Made by a program: the position numbers and the translations under genes
Part shown: positions 46,030-57,226 of the stretch, piece after piece
How positions within the stretch are numbered: position 1 is the stretch's first letter
Layout: each line of letters opens with the position of its first letter
The notes under the pieces: generated by a model
The model's input: the letters and a program-made list of their open reading frames with translations, nothing else
The model's database searches: none
What the model was told of the DNA's origin: nothing
Assembly: GCA_004764695.1 (NCBI GenBank)
Contig: SMSO01000037.1
Location: forward strand, 3,448,747-3,512,746
Direction: 5' to 3'
Origin: Schizochytrium sp. TIO01
Taxonomy: Eukaryota; Protista; Bigyra: Labyrinthulomycetes
DNA: 64,000 bases

Positions 46030-46140
46030 CAAAATGCGCGAAAATTAGCTAACCGCCACAAGTCCCGGATTTCCGTTTTAGCATTCTGATATATCGGAAT
46101 TTCGGAGAAACTCCGTTCCAATTCGTGTTTTAAATCTGTG
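46030..46140 (-). promoter_or_regulatory. Putative SPC25 promoter with E2F-like TTTTCGCGC and two AACGG (MSA/Myb-like) cores
   Basis: GCGCGAAAA at 46036-46044; CCGTT at 46073-46077 and 46113-46117; 110-190 bp upstream of the SPC25 ATG. Short motifs, function inferred. Confidence 0.35.
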
Positions 46141-46615
46141 TTCTTTCTTTCCTTTCCCTTTTCATCATTTGTAATTTTAGCTTTCGTTTTATTTTTATTT
46201 TTCAACAAAATAAAATAAAAATAGCATATTATTTTAATTTAAAAAAAAAAAAAAAAAAAAAACTCTAAATATTATTTTAAAATGAAACCCATGATGTAGA
46301 ACTGTAAAATGGCTACCTCAAATTTTGAACCAGAGCTTCTTTTTGCATGGGTCCTCGGAATCACTCATGTAAACCGAAAAGTTTTACTTTAAGATTTGAG
46401 TGTAAAGCAGAAGATTATCTCGAGGTTTGCTTCATTTCCTGTTCTCTACCAAAAAAAAGAAAAAAAAAAGAAAAAGAAAAAGAAGAGATAAGATGAAAGC
46501 TAATGCTTGTATGATCTGCATTGGGAAAAGTTGCCACAATTTGTAGGTGAAGAAAGCAAAGCAAAAGCTCATTTGCTGGAGCAAACCGAGCTTTGCTTGA
46601 GCGAGCTTGACCAGG

Positions 46616-49547
46616 ATGGCTTGGATCGAGCCCCCCGTCGGCCCAAGTGGAAACTCTTCTCCTTGGAGAGCATCGGTGTCGTCCAGTTCGCCCTCTCCAC
46701 GCACGTATCATAGCTTGACATGGGTGCCAGAGCTGCACCAAGCTGTTCTTATTGGAGGGACACAGGGAGACCAACTTCTCGCAGACGTACACGTGTTCTC
46801 GTATACGGGAGATCAGGGATGGCATTGGAAGGAGATGGATGTCAAACTCAGTGGAACTCGAAATGCTCTCACACCACGTGCACGCCATTCTGCAATAACA
46901 ATTGACGGCAAGATTTACGTTTTTGGTGGCATTGGAGGCGGAGAAGCTGTCTTCTCGCTGGATCTGCACAAGAAGAGATGGATTCGTCTGAAAACCACAG
47001 GCAGGGGACCATGTGCTCGCTTTGCGCATATTGCAGCTAGCATTCATGACGACATGATTATTGCTGGAGGCCATACTGGGGACCACTTTGTAATGGACGT
47101 GTTTCGATTCCAAACACAAACTCGGAAATGGTCGCAGCTCACTATCAAGCCTTCGGCTAATTTGCCACCATCTCTTCACTACGTGGGTTGTACAGTTGGT
47201 GATAGTGAAATTATTGTGCTAGGAGGATCCATCGGTGCTGAGATAGACCACGCTTATGTTCTTCGTCAGCCCAAAGTCGCAGAAACGGCGCCACAGGGCA
47301 GCCAGAGGCACCTTTCTTTTGCTTCTATGCACCGCGGAGGAACATCATCAACTCGTTTAATGCACCCAAATATGTCGATGCGAGAGCAGATCATGCACAA
47401 TAGCTCAAGTAGTCGTGCGTACAAGTGGGTTAAAGTTCACCTTGATGGAGCTCGCCAAGTTGGAGAACGCTACCCCAAGATAGGATATGGTCAAGCATTA
47501 GTATCCCGACTTATTTCGACAGCACGTGTAGCACTCGGCTCGGAGCAACAGCAACTTGTGTTTCTTGCCGGAGCTGTTCTACCTCCGTCTCAGTGTCCAG
47601 TCTCCAACCCTTTTGAGTCCCCACTTACTTCTATATGGACTCTGCGCATATCCATCACGGGATCTGGAAATATGAAAACAGGACGCCAGCGTGGTCTGCA
47701 TGAAGCAAATTCACTTCAGTGGTCGGTGCAGCACACTTTAGGACAAATTCCACCAGTTCGAATTGGCACATCATGCGTAACAATTACAAATTCTTCTTTG
47801 CAATCAGGGCTTCTTATATTCGGCGGTACTCTGGCCCCGACGCAACCAGTGTCAAAATATACAGACCCAAACCCTTTGCCTAGTCCTAACAAATACTCTT
47901 CTCTTGCATTTGACACATCTAATACAAATAGAGAAAACCAAGCAGACAACGACCGAAACTTTGGACGGTATTTTACATGTACGACGCACATTTGTGATTT
48001 ATCAGCATATGCTATCTGGAGAAGTCTCACAGACACGCTCAGCGTCAAACAGAGTCAGTCTTGGTATGGCCATGCTCTTGTTTCACTCGGATCTAGTCCA
48101 GAGAACCCTCATTTGGAGCAAGTGTTTATGTTTGGTGGCCAGACCATGCACGAGGGACTGGCGATACTAGTTCGTAACGTGCGAACTAATCTATGGAGCT
48201 GGCAAACGCCCCCGCGTTCTACTTTGAAGGAGCTCAGAGACGCACCAAAATGACACTGGTTCAAGCTTTTTTAGTAATAGCAAGCCCTCCACCCTAGTCG
48301 TTGCTACTCAAACCCGATCGTTGTCTTCAAAGGATGGGGCAGCTTTGATTTTTGCTTTTGGAGGGAATCGTATTAACTTACAAACAATCGGCGATACTCT
48401 TTGGGTGGTTGCTTGCAGTTCGTTAACAGATTATCAGTCTTCATGGGTTTCCGCGTCCCCAAAAGAAGTTGTGCACGATACAGCTGCTTCTGACGAAGGT
48501 TCTTTGCCATGTCAAGTCATATGCGCTTCTGAAGGATGGCTATGCGGTGACGATGCCTGGCCACGTGCGCGACGTGGTCACACTGTGTGCATGCATCGGG
48601 ACAATTTATTTGTAATTGGTGGTCTTTCTCAAGACGGGGAGTTGCTTGGTGATGTCTGGTCTCTGCGTACGGATGGTACCCTTTATAATCCTTCATTATC
48701 CTCTGAAAAGCAAGTGGATGTTGAAAATATTCGTTGGAAGTGCCACACTGCTCAAGGGGCAGATGGGAGCTACGTTCAAGAGGTTTTCACACCTCGTGTT
48801 GGACATTCCTGTGTATCTGTGAATTCCTTAAATAAGGTATTCGTTTTTGGAGGGTGCAGCGCAACTAATGTTCCTCGTATCGGAAGTAGCTCGAAGGCCG
48901 CCACTCGCAATGCAGACTGGGATGCTCCGAATGTGTCAAGTAAAAGCCTTTCTAATGACCTTTTCGTTTTAGATTGCAATAATAAAAAACCCGAGTGGCA
49001 TCGATTAGATACGTGCAGCTCAGGCCGTCCGCCATCACCTAGGTATCTGCACACGTGTACTGTAATTTCTGACCATACTAGCACAGGTGCCTTTGCACGT
49101 CCGCGCCTTTGCGTGGTGGGTGGCTGGGGACTGTCTCGGTCTGCTATGGAGTTGAACCTTGGCCCGTCTCAACCACAAGTTCAAAATGATGTTTTTCTTT
49201 ACGACATTGCAACGCAAACATGGAGTGACCTCCGTTTACAGACATCACCGGAGTGTCCTCTAAAATTTCCAGCACTTATTAACCTGAGGTCATGTACATT
49301 ATCAACACCAAGTGAGGTATTGATTTTTGGGGGGGCACTGAACATCAGAACTGTGAACAGTAGTGCTAAAGAGAGCCAATCTGCCACAGATGATCCATTA
49401 GTGCATGCTGTAGTCACAAAAAACGAAACGGCCTCCAAGACCTCTTTTCAGGTAGCACCTACTGAGCTTTTCAGTACAGCGACCAATAGTCAATTCATTC
49501 ATATTGACACAAGGATGCGCTCTTTGCTTCTAGAAGAACATGTATAA
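46616..49547 (+). CDS. Kelch-repeat beta-propeller protein, probably one ~976-aa gene split into two frames at about 48228-48253
   Basis: Both ORFs (46607-48253 and 48321-49547) carry Kelch motifs (PRTYHS, PRARHSA..IYVFGG, ARFAH, RARRGH..LFVIGG, PRVGHS..VFVFGG, SPRYLH). The second ORF has no ATG near its start and its frame is open from 48228. Confidence 0.78.
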
Positions 49548-49943
49548 TGCACAAATGTGTTGAGTAAATCCTAAAGCACAATAATTGTACGAAACGTGAC
49601 ATATATTTATTTTAACCTTCTTTCGAGCTACCTTTGATTCATTTTTGTTTCTTTACTTCGAAAGAGGAAAGTAAAGTACATAAAGAAAGAAAGTACTTTG
49701 CACGAATTTTGCATGTAACTTTTACAGCAACGTACTCTTTACCGAATGGGTGACTCCTACCTTAATCCTCTTCTTTGCTTACTTTGCCCTTCTGGCTGGG
49801 ATGCCTTTGTGGGATTTTAATTTTTAATTTTCAATTTTTTCCAATTTTAAAGGTCAGTCAGTATTTATTACTTACTCGTAGGACTCTTTCCCTGGGACTA
49901 ATTGCGGGTGCCCAGTACACACCTTAGCTCATAGTAGGTGTAT

Positions 49944-50005
49944 TCCGCGCTGTAGTGCAGGCAAGTCCGCGCTGTTGATACTCCGCGGGATGACAGCGCG
50001 GGAAA
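49944..50005 (+). promoter_or_regulatory. Clustered CCGCGCTGT motif (two direct copies, one inverted) upstream of the ODA docking gene
   Basis: TCCGCGCTGT at 49944 and 49966, ACAGCGCGG at 49993; possible 5'UTR splice donor CAG/GTAAGT at 50050. Confidence 0.35.
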
Positions 50006-50450
50006 GGCAATCCGAAAGGGGTTGGGAGCAAAGCATAGACGAAGCGCAGGTAAGTTGTGCTGGCGTATGTGTGTTAGAAGCAGTTCTTTTTGCCTGGGAA
50101 CGTATGATTGTTGCTGTTGTGGTTGTGTGAAAGAGGGGTTAGCTGAAGAAGCAGCAGATCACTGATCAACAGCCACGACCAGGACTGCCTTCAAGAGCAG
50201 ACAAGCCCTTAAGAAGACACCCAATAAAGGGGCCAAGCTACTGAACGAAGGGCGCAAAGTTAGAAATTAGGAGAAGTGGTGAAACATAGCTGGTTCTCAA
50301 AGTTGAGGAGATAGTATTGTGAAAGAAACCTTACAGTACTTCTGGGGTTGCTGGCCAATTAAAAGTTGGCACTGTCCATAGCTACAGACAAAACCGAACC
50401 TTCGTGCCTGGCTCACATCAACGATCCATCAGAAGCAAAGCTTGGCGACT

Positions 50451-52364
50451 ATGATGACTCGATCGGAAAGCGGTCCCGTGGGGGGCGGGAAGTCACGTAA
50501 GAACAAGAATACCACGGAAGCTGAGCTAGTGGAGCTAAGACGGAAGTTCGAAGCTCTTGAAGCGGACCGCAAGTCATACTATGAAATATCAATGAAAACG
50601 ATGATGGAAAACAAAAAGATTATTGGGTCCTTGCGTGAGCATAATAAAGCGCAGCGCAGACAATTAAAGGAAATGCGCAAGCTTTCTGCTCAAGGTAAGA
50701 TCGCAAGTGAAGTGCCAGATGCGGAAGAGCATATGGACAAGTTGGAGCGCCACGTAGTTATGATTCGTAAAAACTTGGATTCTGTCACAGCTGCTGTTGA
50801 GGAAAAACGTAGTGATCTGGAGAAATTACGTGACCAAGCTGCTGACCTTGAGGCAGATGGCTTATCTTCACACGAAGCTTCAGTAGCCACCCCACAAGAA
50901 GCTAAGTCAATTCGTTCATTGGAGAATCGTCTCGATCGGTCCATGATCAAGTACAATGAAACGCAAAGCATTCGAAAATCGTATGAGCAAATTGTTGAGC
51001 GCTTGAAAGCAGAGCGTGATAACTTCGACAATCACATGAATTCACTTGAAAACACTCTTCAGGTAAAGGTTAAGGACTTGGACGATCTGCATCTGCTCGG
51101 TAATGATGCTCTTCAGGCACGTGACCTGGCGTTGAGGAAGCTTCAGCAATCACAAGACAGGCTTGATGCTGATCGTAAGCAACGTGAGCGAGACCTTCGG
51201 GCTCGTCGCCAGGTAGCAAGTTCTGCTGCAGCTATGGTGTCAACCATGAAAGAGATGGAGGATAACCGACGTGAAATTGTTGCACGCGAACGAGGCGATC
51301 TGAGTGAAGAAGAAGAAACTCTTCTGCGGCAGCGCACAATTATTGCATCAATCCAGTCTCGGGCAACCATGTTTAGCAAACAACAGGTTCAAGCAGAGGA
51401 ATCTTTAGATCACCATGAGGAGATAATCACCAAGCTTATGAAGATTACTGGCACAAGCGACGTAAGTGAGGTTGTGTCTAAGATTGTGAATCAGGACGAG
51501 GCTCGTGCAAATCTAGAGGCTCTTGTAGCAGAGAATAGTACGAAAATAGATGAACGACAAAGTACGTTGGAGTCTATGCAAGCAGAATTAGAGGATATTC
51601 GATTTCATGGAGTCAGACGAGGTTCTGTGGGCACGCGGCGTCGCCTTGACGATATAGAAAAGAAACTTGCTGATGCGCGCTCCTATGCCCAGGTTCGTCA
51701 CAAGAAATATGAAAATATTGCTAAAATTATCCTGGATGTGCATGCAGGTATTGAGCATTTACTCGAAAAGCTTGCCCCGGTTCAGTCAGTTGAACGATTT
51801 ACATATGTCTTAACGCACGAGACACTTCCATTGGCTGTGGAGCACTGCGAGCGCCTTCTTTTGAGCGCGTTGAGCCAAATTTCATCTGCATCAAGTGCGA
51901 ATTCGACAATATCATCTGAAGGTGCTGGCCTGAGTTCAGAAATGGCACGATCCACTTCAAATGATACTCGTAAACAGTCTGTTTCGTATGCTTTGCAAGA
52001 TATCGATGGAGCCCAGTCACGTCGACGCGCCGGAGGCACTAGACATAGTGTTTCGCAAAACCAGCGTAGCGCTTCTGTACTTTATAGTACATCCTTGGTT
52101 GGTAAATCATCGTACGAGCAGAAAACTCTGGATTACGAGGATGATGAGGATGATGAGGATGCTGACAACAGCATTGCAGTTGGGGCTAAGGGTACCCTCT
52201 ATTTAGATGAGACACACGAGGCCCCATTGTCCCGAGATAACATTAAACAAGCATCCCGAGTTCTACTTAAAGAGCACACATCACGACGTAAGGGTCTCAA
52301 CCGGAGTAACGTGTCTTTTCAGCGTGGAAAACAACGATCTTCAAGTGCAAGCTACAATTCCTGA
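50451..52364 (+). CDS. CCDC151: Outer dynein arm docking complex subunit, DC1/ODA3 - CCDC151 (ODAD3) family
   Basis: ELRRKFEALEADRKSYYE and IRSLENRLDRSMIKYNETQSIRKSYEQIVERLKAER match the CCDC151/ODA3 conserved blocks as recalled; long coiled coil. First ATG at 50451. Confidence 0.82.
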   Translation: MMTRSESGPVGGGKSRKNKNTTEAELVELRRKFEALEADRKSYYEISMKTMMENKKIIGSLREHNKAQRRQLKEMRKLSAQGKIASEVPDAEEHMDKLERHVVMIRKNLDSVTAAVEEKRSDLEKLRDQAADLEADGLSSHEASVATPQEAKSIRSLENRLDRSMIKYNETQSIRKSYEQIVERLKAERDNFDNHMNSLENTLQVKVKDLDDLHLLGNDALQARDLALRKLQQSQDRLDADRKQRERDLRARRQVASSAAAMVSTMKEMEDNRREIVARERGDLSEEEETLLRQRTIIASIQSRATMFSKQQVQAEESLDHHEEIITKLMKITGTSDVSEVVSKIVNQDEARANLEALVAENSTKIDERQSTLESMQAELEDIRFHGVRRGSVGTRRRLDDIEKKLADARSYAQVRHKKYENIAKIILDVHAGIEHLLEKLAPVQSVERFTYVLTHETLPLAVEHCERLLLSALSQISSASSANSTISSEGAGLSSEMARSTSNDTRKQSVSYALQDIDGAQSRRRAGGTRHSVSQNQRSASVLYSTSLVGKSSYEQKTLDYEDDEDDEDADNSIAVGAKGTLYLDETHEAPLSRDNIKQASRVLLKEHTSRRKGLNRSNVSFQRGKQRSSSASYNS

Positions 52365-55300
52365 TTCCATTTATTACACAATTTAATAAGCCCACAATTT
52401 GTAACTTTCATTGTCAACCATAAACATTAAACCATTACTGATATACATCGACTTGGGGTTTTCCTCAAGCCAAAGCATTGAAGAAGTAGCTTCTGACCAG
52501 TGAGAGCTGCGTATTTTAGATACGATATTGCACTAGCGTTATACCTTTTTGCAAGCCATTGAATGAGAGTCAAGGTCTAATGTTTTTTTCCATTTTGATC
52601 ATCTTGGAGACCTTCGGTACTTGGTGTTAGCGAGAAAGTTAAGGAGCTGTCTTGACGTACGTATAGTTATCAGATAGGTTTGGCTGGACGCCAAAGTGCA
52701 GTAAACTCTTTTTTTTTTTCTTTTTCTTTTTTTTTAATATCTTTCGTTTAAAGAAGAAAAAAGTAATGACATAGTCATACATATTTCTATTTCTATTATT
52801 TTATTTTATTTTAATGAATAACAAACCAACTTTTCAGTCTCCAGTGTAAAGAGAGCATTGTAACGACGCATAGAACGGGTCATGTCCACTCAGTTTTGGT
52901 TGCCATGTTGCAAGGTGCACGATTATGAATACCTAAAGGAGAGAAAACTCTGAGTTGTAATTCGGTGCCAGGCAGAACTAGCAAGCTTCCCCAGCAGCAC
53001 TTTTGCACTGCGTGTTTTCATATTCAATATCCTCTTCTACTAGTGTTCTCATCATTTATAACAGAATAGTCGCAAGCATCGTGGTATTCGTCATAAATGC
53101 AGATTATCGCTGCCCCCGTCAAGTCATTCTCCAGTCTTAAGAAACTCCACACAATTGGACACCATTGGGAGTGGAGATGACTTCTGCATCGTTACGTAGA
53201 TAGTACTGCTATCGCTTTTCAAGGTAGGTACTGTAGCGGCGCGTAGGAACCATTTGAGAGGTATTGGGCAAACAAACGAAGTTTCACTCAGACATCTGGT
53301 CTTTGGCATGTGATTCGTCACTTGGTCCACAAAGATGATCATGGGCATGACGATTATGGAGGCAGCTACCTTCTCTACCATTCGAAAGAACTAGCCTACT
53401 ACGATGATCCCCATGGAGTTCATTCGGCCATCAACACCTTTGCATCAATTCATTTGTCTTTATCGTGAACGATGGTATCTTCATCACTATTGATTCGGAT
53501 ACGAAACCATTCGCAGCACGGAAGGTACGTACAGTATCTAGACGGTCGGCAAATCGTCGAGCTCACAGTTTTCTTCCTCTTCTTTTCAGTTTCTCGCTAC
53601 GTTTCAAGGCCGGCCTTTCAGCTGGCCGAGGGACTTGAGAACTTAGTTCATACGTTTCTTGAAAACCGCCTAGCTTTCCCAATCGATCCATCGCCTGCGA
53701 TAAATACTTTTGACTCTAGAGACTCAGCGAAATTGCTGAGCAACATCGCTGATCAAGCGTACCAAGCTTCTGAAGAGTCCTTCAAATTGCCATCTTGCAA
53801 ACAAACTAAGTGTGTACTAAAATGGAAATTCCAGTTCATGTGCTGATAAATTATACCTTTTCTTGGAGATGGTGCTGTAGTACTACCTAGCTACTCACTA
53901 TAGCTCTTTCTGCTCTACCATGAAATTTAGTTAAGTTCTTCATAAAGACTGAGTTTTCCTTCGAAAGAGGGAGAACGCAAGTCCAGCACCCCCAACCGTA
54001 CCCAGGTAGACTCTGCGAGAAGAAGGTAGATGGCTGACAGCTAGAAAACTCGGGTTTGCAATCTCAGTGTAGCGTCACTGTGTTGCGCATTGCCTCAAAG
54101 TGCTGTTTATGTACAGATTGTGGTTCTCTGCTGCCATCGCTGTTGTAGATTGCCTTCGACCAGGTCTAGTGCTAAGTGGGTTTCCCTCTTTGCAGTAATA
54201 ATTGGTTTTTAATTAATTTGGTACTGATTTTTTATTGTTCATTTGCTTTTACATCTTTCGATTTTATTATTATCATTATTCGCTTCATATTTAGGTTTCA
54301 CTATACCTTTATGATGCTATACATTGGTTGTCTATCTGCAAAGACTTTACCTGTATAGTCAGAGGCAACTCCTTATCATCTTTTAGCGTGGGTGTAAATA
54401 CAAGCCAGAACAATCACTGCCATATAACAAGGGTAGCAAAGCCTGTAAAAAGTATTTCGGTCTCCTTCTTTGGTCTTCACAAATCTGTCAAAATAGTACT
54501 TTTGTTTATTTATTTACGAAACTTGGAAAGAAGAAGTTAAGATTAAAACCACTTGGATCGCAATTGAGCGTGCGAACAACTCCAACGCTATCAATTTATT
54601 TAATGAAGTATCCTCAATCAGCAGTTCTGACGATTCTTTCAGCCTCCACAAAAGGATGTCCAAAGACACGTTTCTGCAGGACAGTATTTGCTTGCACGTT
54701 GCATAGAAACAAGGTAGGTACACCTACCGCGTTGACCTGAGTTTCGAACCAAGTCATTACGAGTCGCTCCAGAACAAGTGGTTCTTCATCTTATTGGTAG
54801 GTAGGTATTTACATAATAGCGGGTACGAGCTACTTTCTTGCTCTTCTCTAAGATATTGTGAAAAGTCCCTTCAGAAGCCTCGGTTTTTAGCTATTTGGTA
54901 TTCAACCTCATTCAGAATAACTACTCGAAGCCCCGAGATTGTGCACGAGTTGATTTTAGAGAAATTACTATTTCCGTATTATCAGCTGATGAGTGATTTC
55001 TCATGACTATTGTATTTGTTCTGTGGATAGGGCTTGTGCACACTATATTTTGCTATGGCGATTCAACATATCGGAGGAGAGGATACATTTGGTTTTTGAA
55101 AACCATGACCTTGAACTGATGTAGTGCTTGGGCCCCAGCTTTACCCATGTTAAACTTGCCTACGTATGACTCTGCGTAGTCTCGAGTCATTATTGTCATT
55201 GTAGAAAACCTGTCGGGGTCGAGAACTGAAAGAGCAGAGCACAAAGCGGGGAACTTTAAAACTCCAAAGCGACTTGAAACAGCTTGAAGAAGTTAAGCAC

Positions 55301-55470
55301 CCTACAAACAGCCTTTCCCACATCGGAAACCATCCTATATCTTAGACCATTTCCTTCTAATATGTATACACATATGATATGTTTCAATGTAAAATTAAAT
55401 GGTTTGTTCTACTGCGTTAACTCTAAGCATTGTCAAATAATAATCATAATAATAATAATAAAGAAAAGAA

Positions 55471-56007
55471 ATGCACAACTTTGCAAGTGCCGCGGCGGCT
55501 TCTTTGCACGCCTCCTCCTTCTCTCAGCATGTTTTCTGTCCTCTTAGGCGCTTTTGCAGGCTCATGACTCCTCCCTCATCCACGCCCAACGCTCAGCGTG
55601 GGCCGGCGTTGATTCCCTTGTGCAACATTCAGAAGCTTCTCCGAGTGGCTCGGCGAATGGGTCTTCGCTTCGCGCTCATGAAAAGGATGTCTGTCTTTTT
55701 GTTGTGCTGCATCTCACTTTTTTTTTTTTTTTTTTTTTTTCGCTCTTCGTATCGCCATCGTGATATTCGAATCAATCAGAACTCCTGTTTCTTTGAGAAT
55801 ACTCACCTCGCTCCTGCCTGCACTGCGTGACGGAATACAGCGCAGAGCCTGCCTGTCAATCGCAAACTCTTCATTCCCGGAGAGGTCCTTTAGAAGTTGG
55901 TTGGTTTCTTCCTCAGCTTGGCCTGTGCATTTTCGATTTTCTCTGTAAGTCGAAAAGAAACGCTTTACTTTACTTGTGTAAACTCGGCAGTACATAGGTA
56001 CCAGCAC
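55471..56007 (-). pseudogene. Possible decayed armadillo-repeat gene fragment interrupted by stops and a 23-nt homopolymer
   Basis: Minus-strand translation ...R*ALGVDEGGVMSLQKRLRGQKTC*EKEEACKEAAAALAKLCI and QLLKDLSGNEE resemble ARM consensus; T23 at 55718-55740. Confidence 0.3.
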
Positions 56008-57226
56008 CCCAAGGCAATCCTACCAGTTATTGGTAGGTGTAGCTAAGGGCCCTGGCGCGTAAAGTACCCACGAACGAGTGAGTGAGCGCATTTCAAGCTC
56101 GCTCGAAAGAAGGTGCCTCGAATCAGATAGGTAAGTACCTCTCGTCTATCTGGCAGCATAATTATAGGTGCACCGCCCAGATACTGCTGCCTCTTCTTGC
56201 GTAAACATTGGCGCCTGAAGAAGCTTGAAGAAGGGTATCTCAGTCACCTTGATCTTCTGGTTTCGAGCTGCTTAATTTCTTTTCTGAGCGTATAAAACGA
56301 AGACGCACTGGCCTTCTAAGGACAACCTACCCAGAACATGTAAGACTGGCATTTTAAAAAAAAAGTTCACGCATATTTCCAATACTTTTTATTTTCTTGA
56401 TTATATTACTTTCATGAAAAGTAAAAGCTTAAAAACACTATTAAAAATAGAAGTTATCAAAAGAGTGATAGTGCTCAGTAGGTATAACGCTATTCTGCAA
56501 GACTAAATGCTTTCGTACTAGCTTTAAAAGTAAAAGTCTATATATTATGCAGAAGTAAAAAACTCTTTTTAAAACTAAAAATTGCCACTGTGGTAAGAGC
56601 GCCTCTAGCAGTAGCTTAGCTGATTAGGCCGAAATAGGTTTTATTGCTTAGCGATGTCTATTTGGTACTAGGCAGTATTGTCATTGTTTTGTAGTGTCCT
56701 TTTTACAGGTTTGTCTGATTTTTCAATTTAAAAAATAATGACATAGTACTAGTACTACTTTAGAGGTAACAAGTTCCTCTCAAACTGCACGCGCCGAGAC
56801 GGAGGAAGGTCAGTCGCGGCAGCCAGAAAGCAAACTGGCGGAGCTGGCAGGCCCGCGAGGCTCGTGGGAGCTCGCAGCCGACGAGAACACGGCCCTCCGC
56901 CGGCCCCAGGGCAACTGCGAAATCAGGAGAGGCGAGGGAGGGAACCCTCGCGACTCAGCCTCGTTCGTCTGGTGAGGCCATCAATCATTACACTTTGTGT
57001 TCGTCTTCAACTTTTACGAGTACTTCGACGTCTTCGACTCGGGCTCTACTGACAGAGACGTCTTCGGGTCTTCATTCGCGCCTTCTGGCGAGTCTGGAAG
57101 GATACAATAACCTACGGCGAATCGGGATAGTTTGAGGAGCGTGTATCGTTCGTTTCCTGAATTGACTTTCCAGGGTCCTTGAGGGAGAAGTTTAATAAAT
57201 CCCTAGGAAAACTGAGTTTCGACGAG

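Noticed and set aside
53472-53846. 124-aa ORF with PIDPSPAINTFDSR, reminiscent of ITPK1
   Set aside because: No ATP-grasp motifs up- or downstream; a single short resemblance is insufficient
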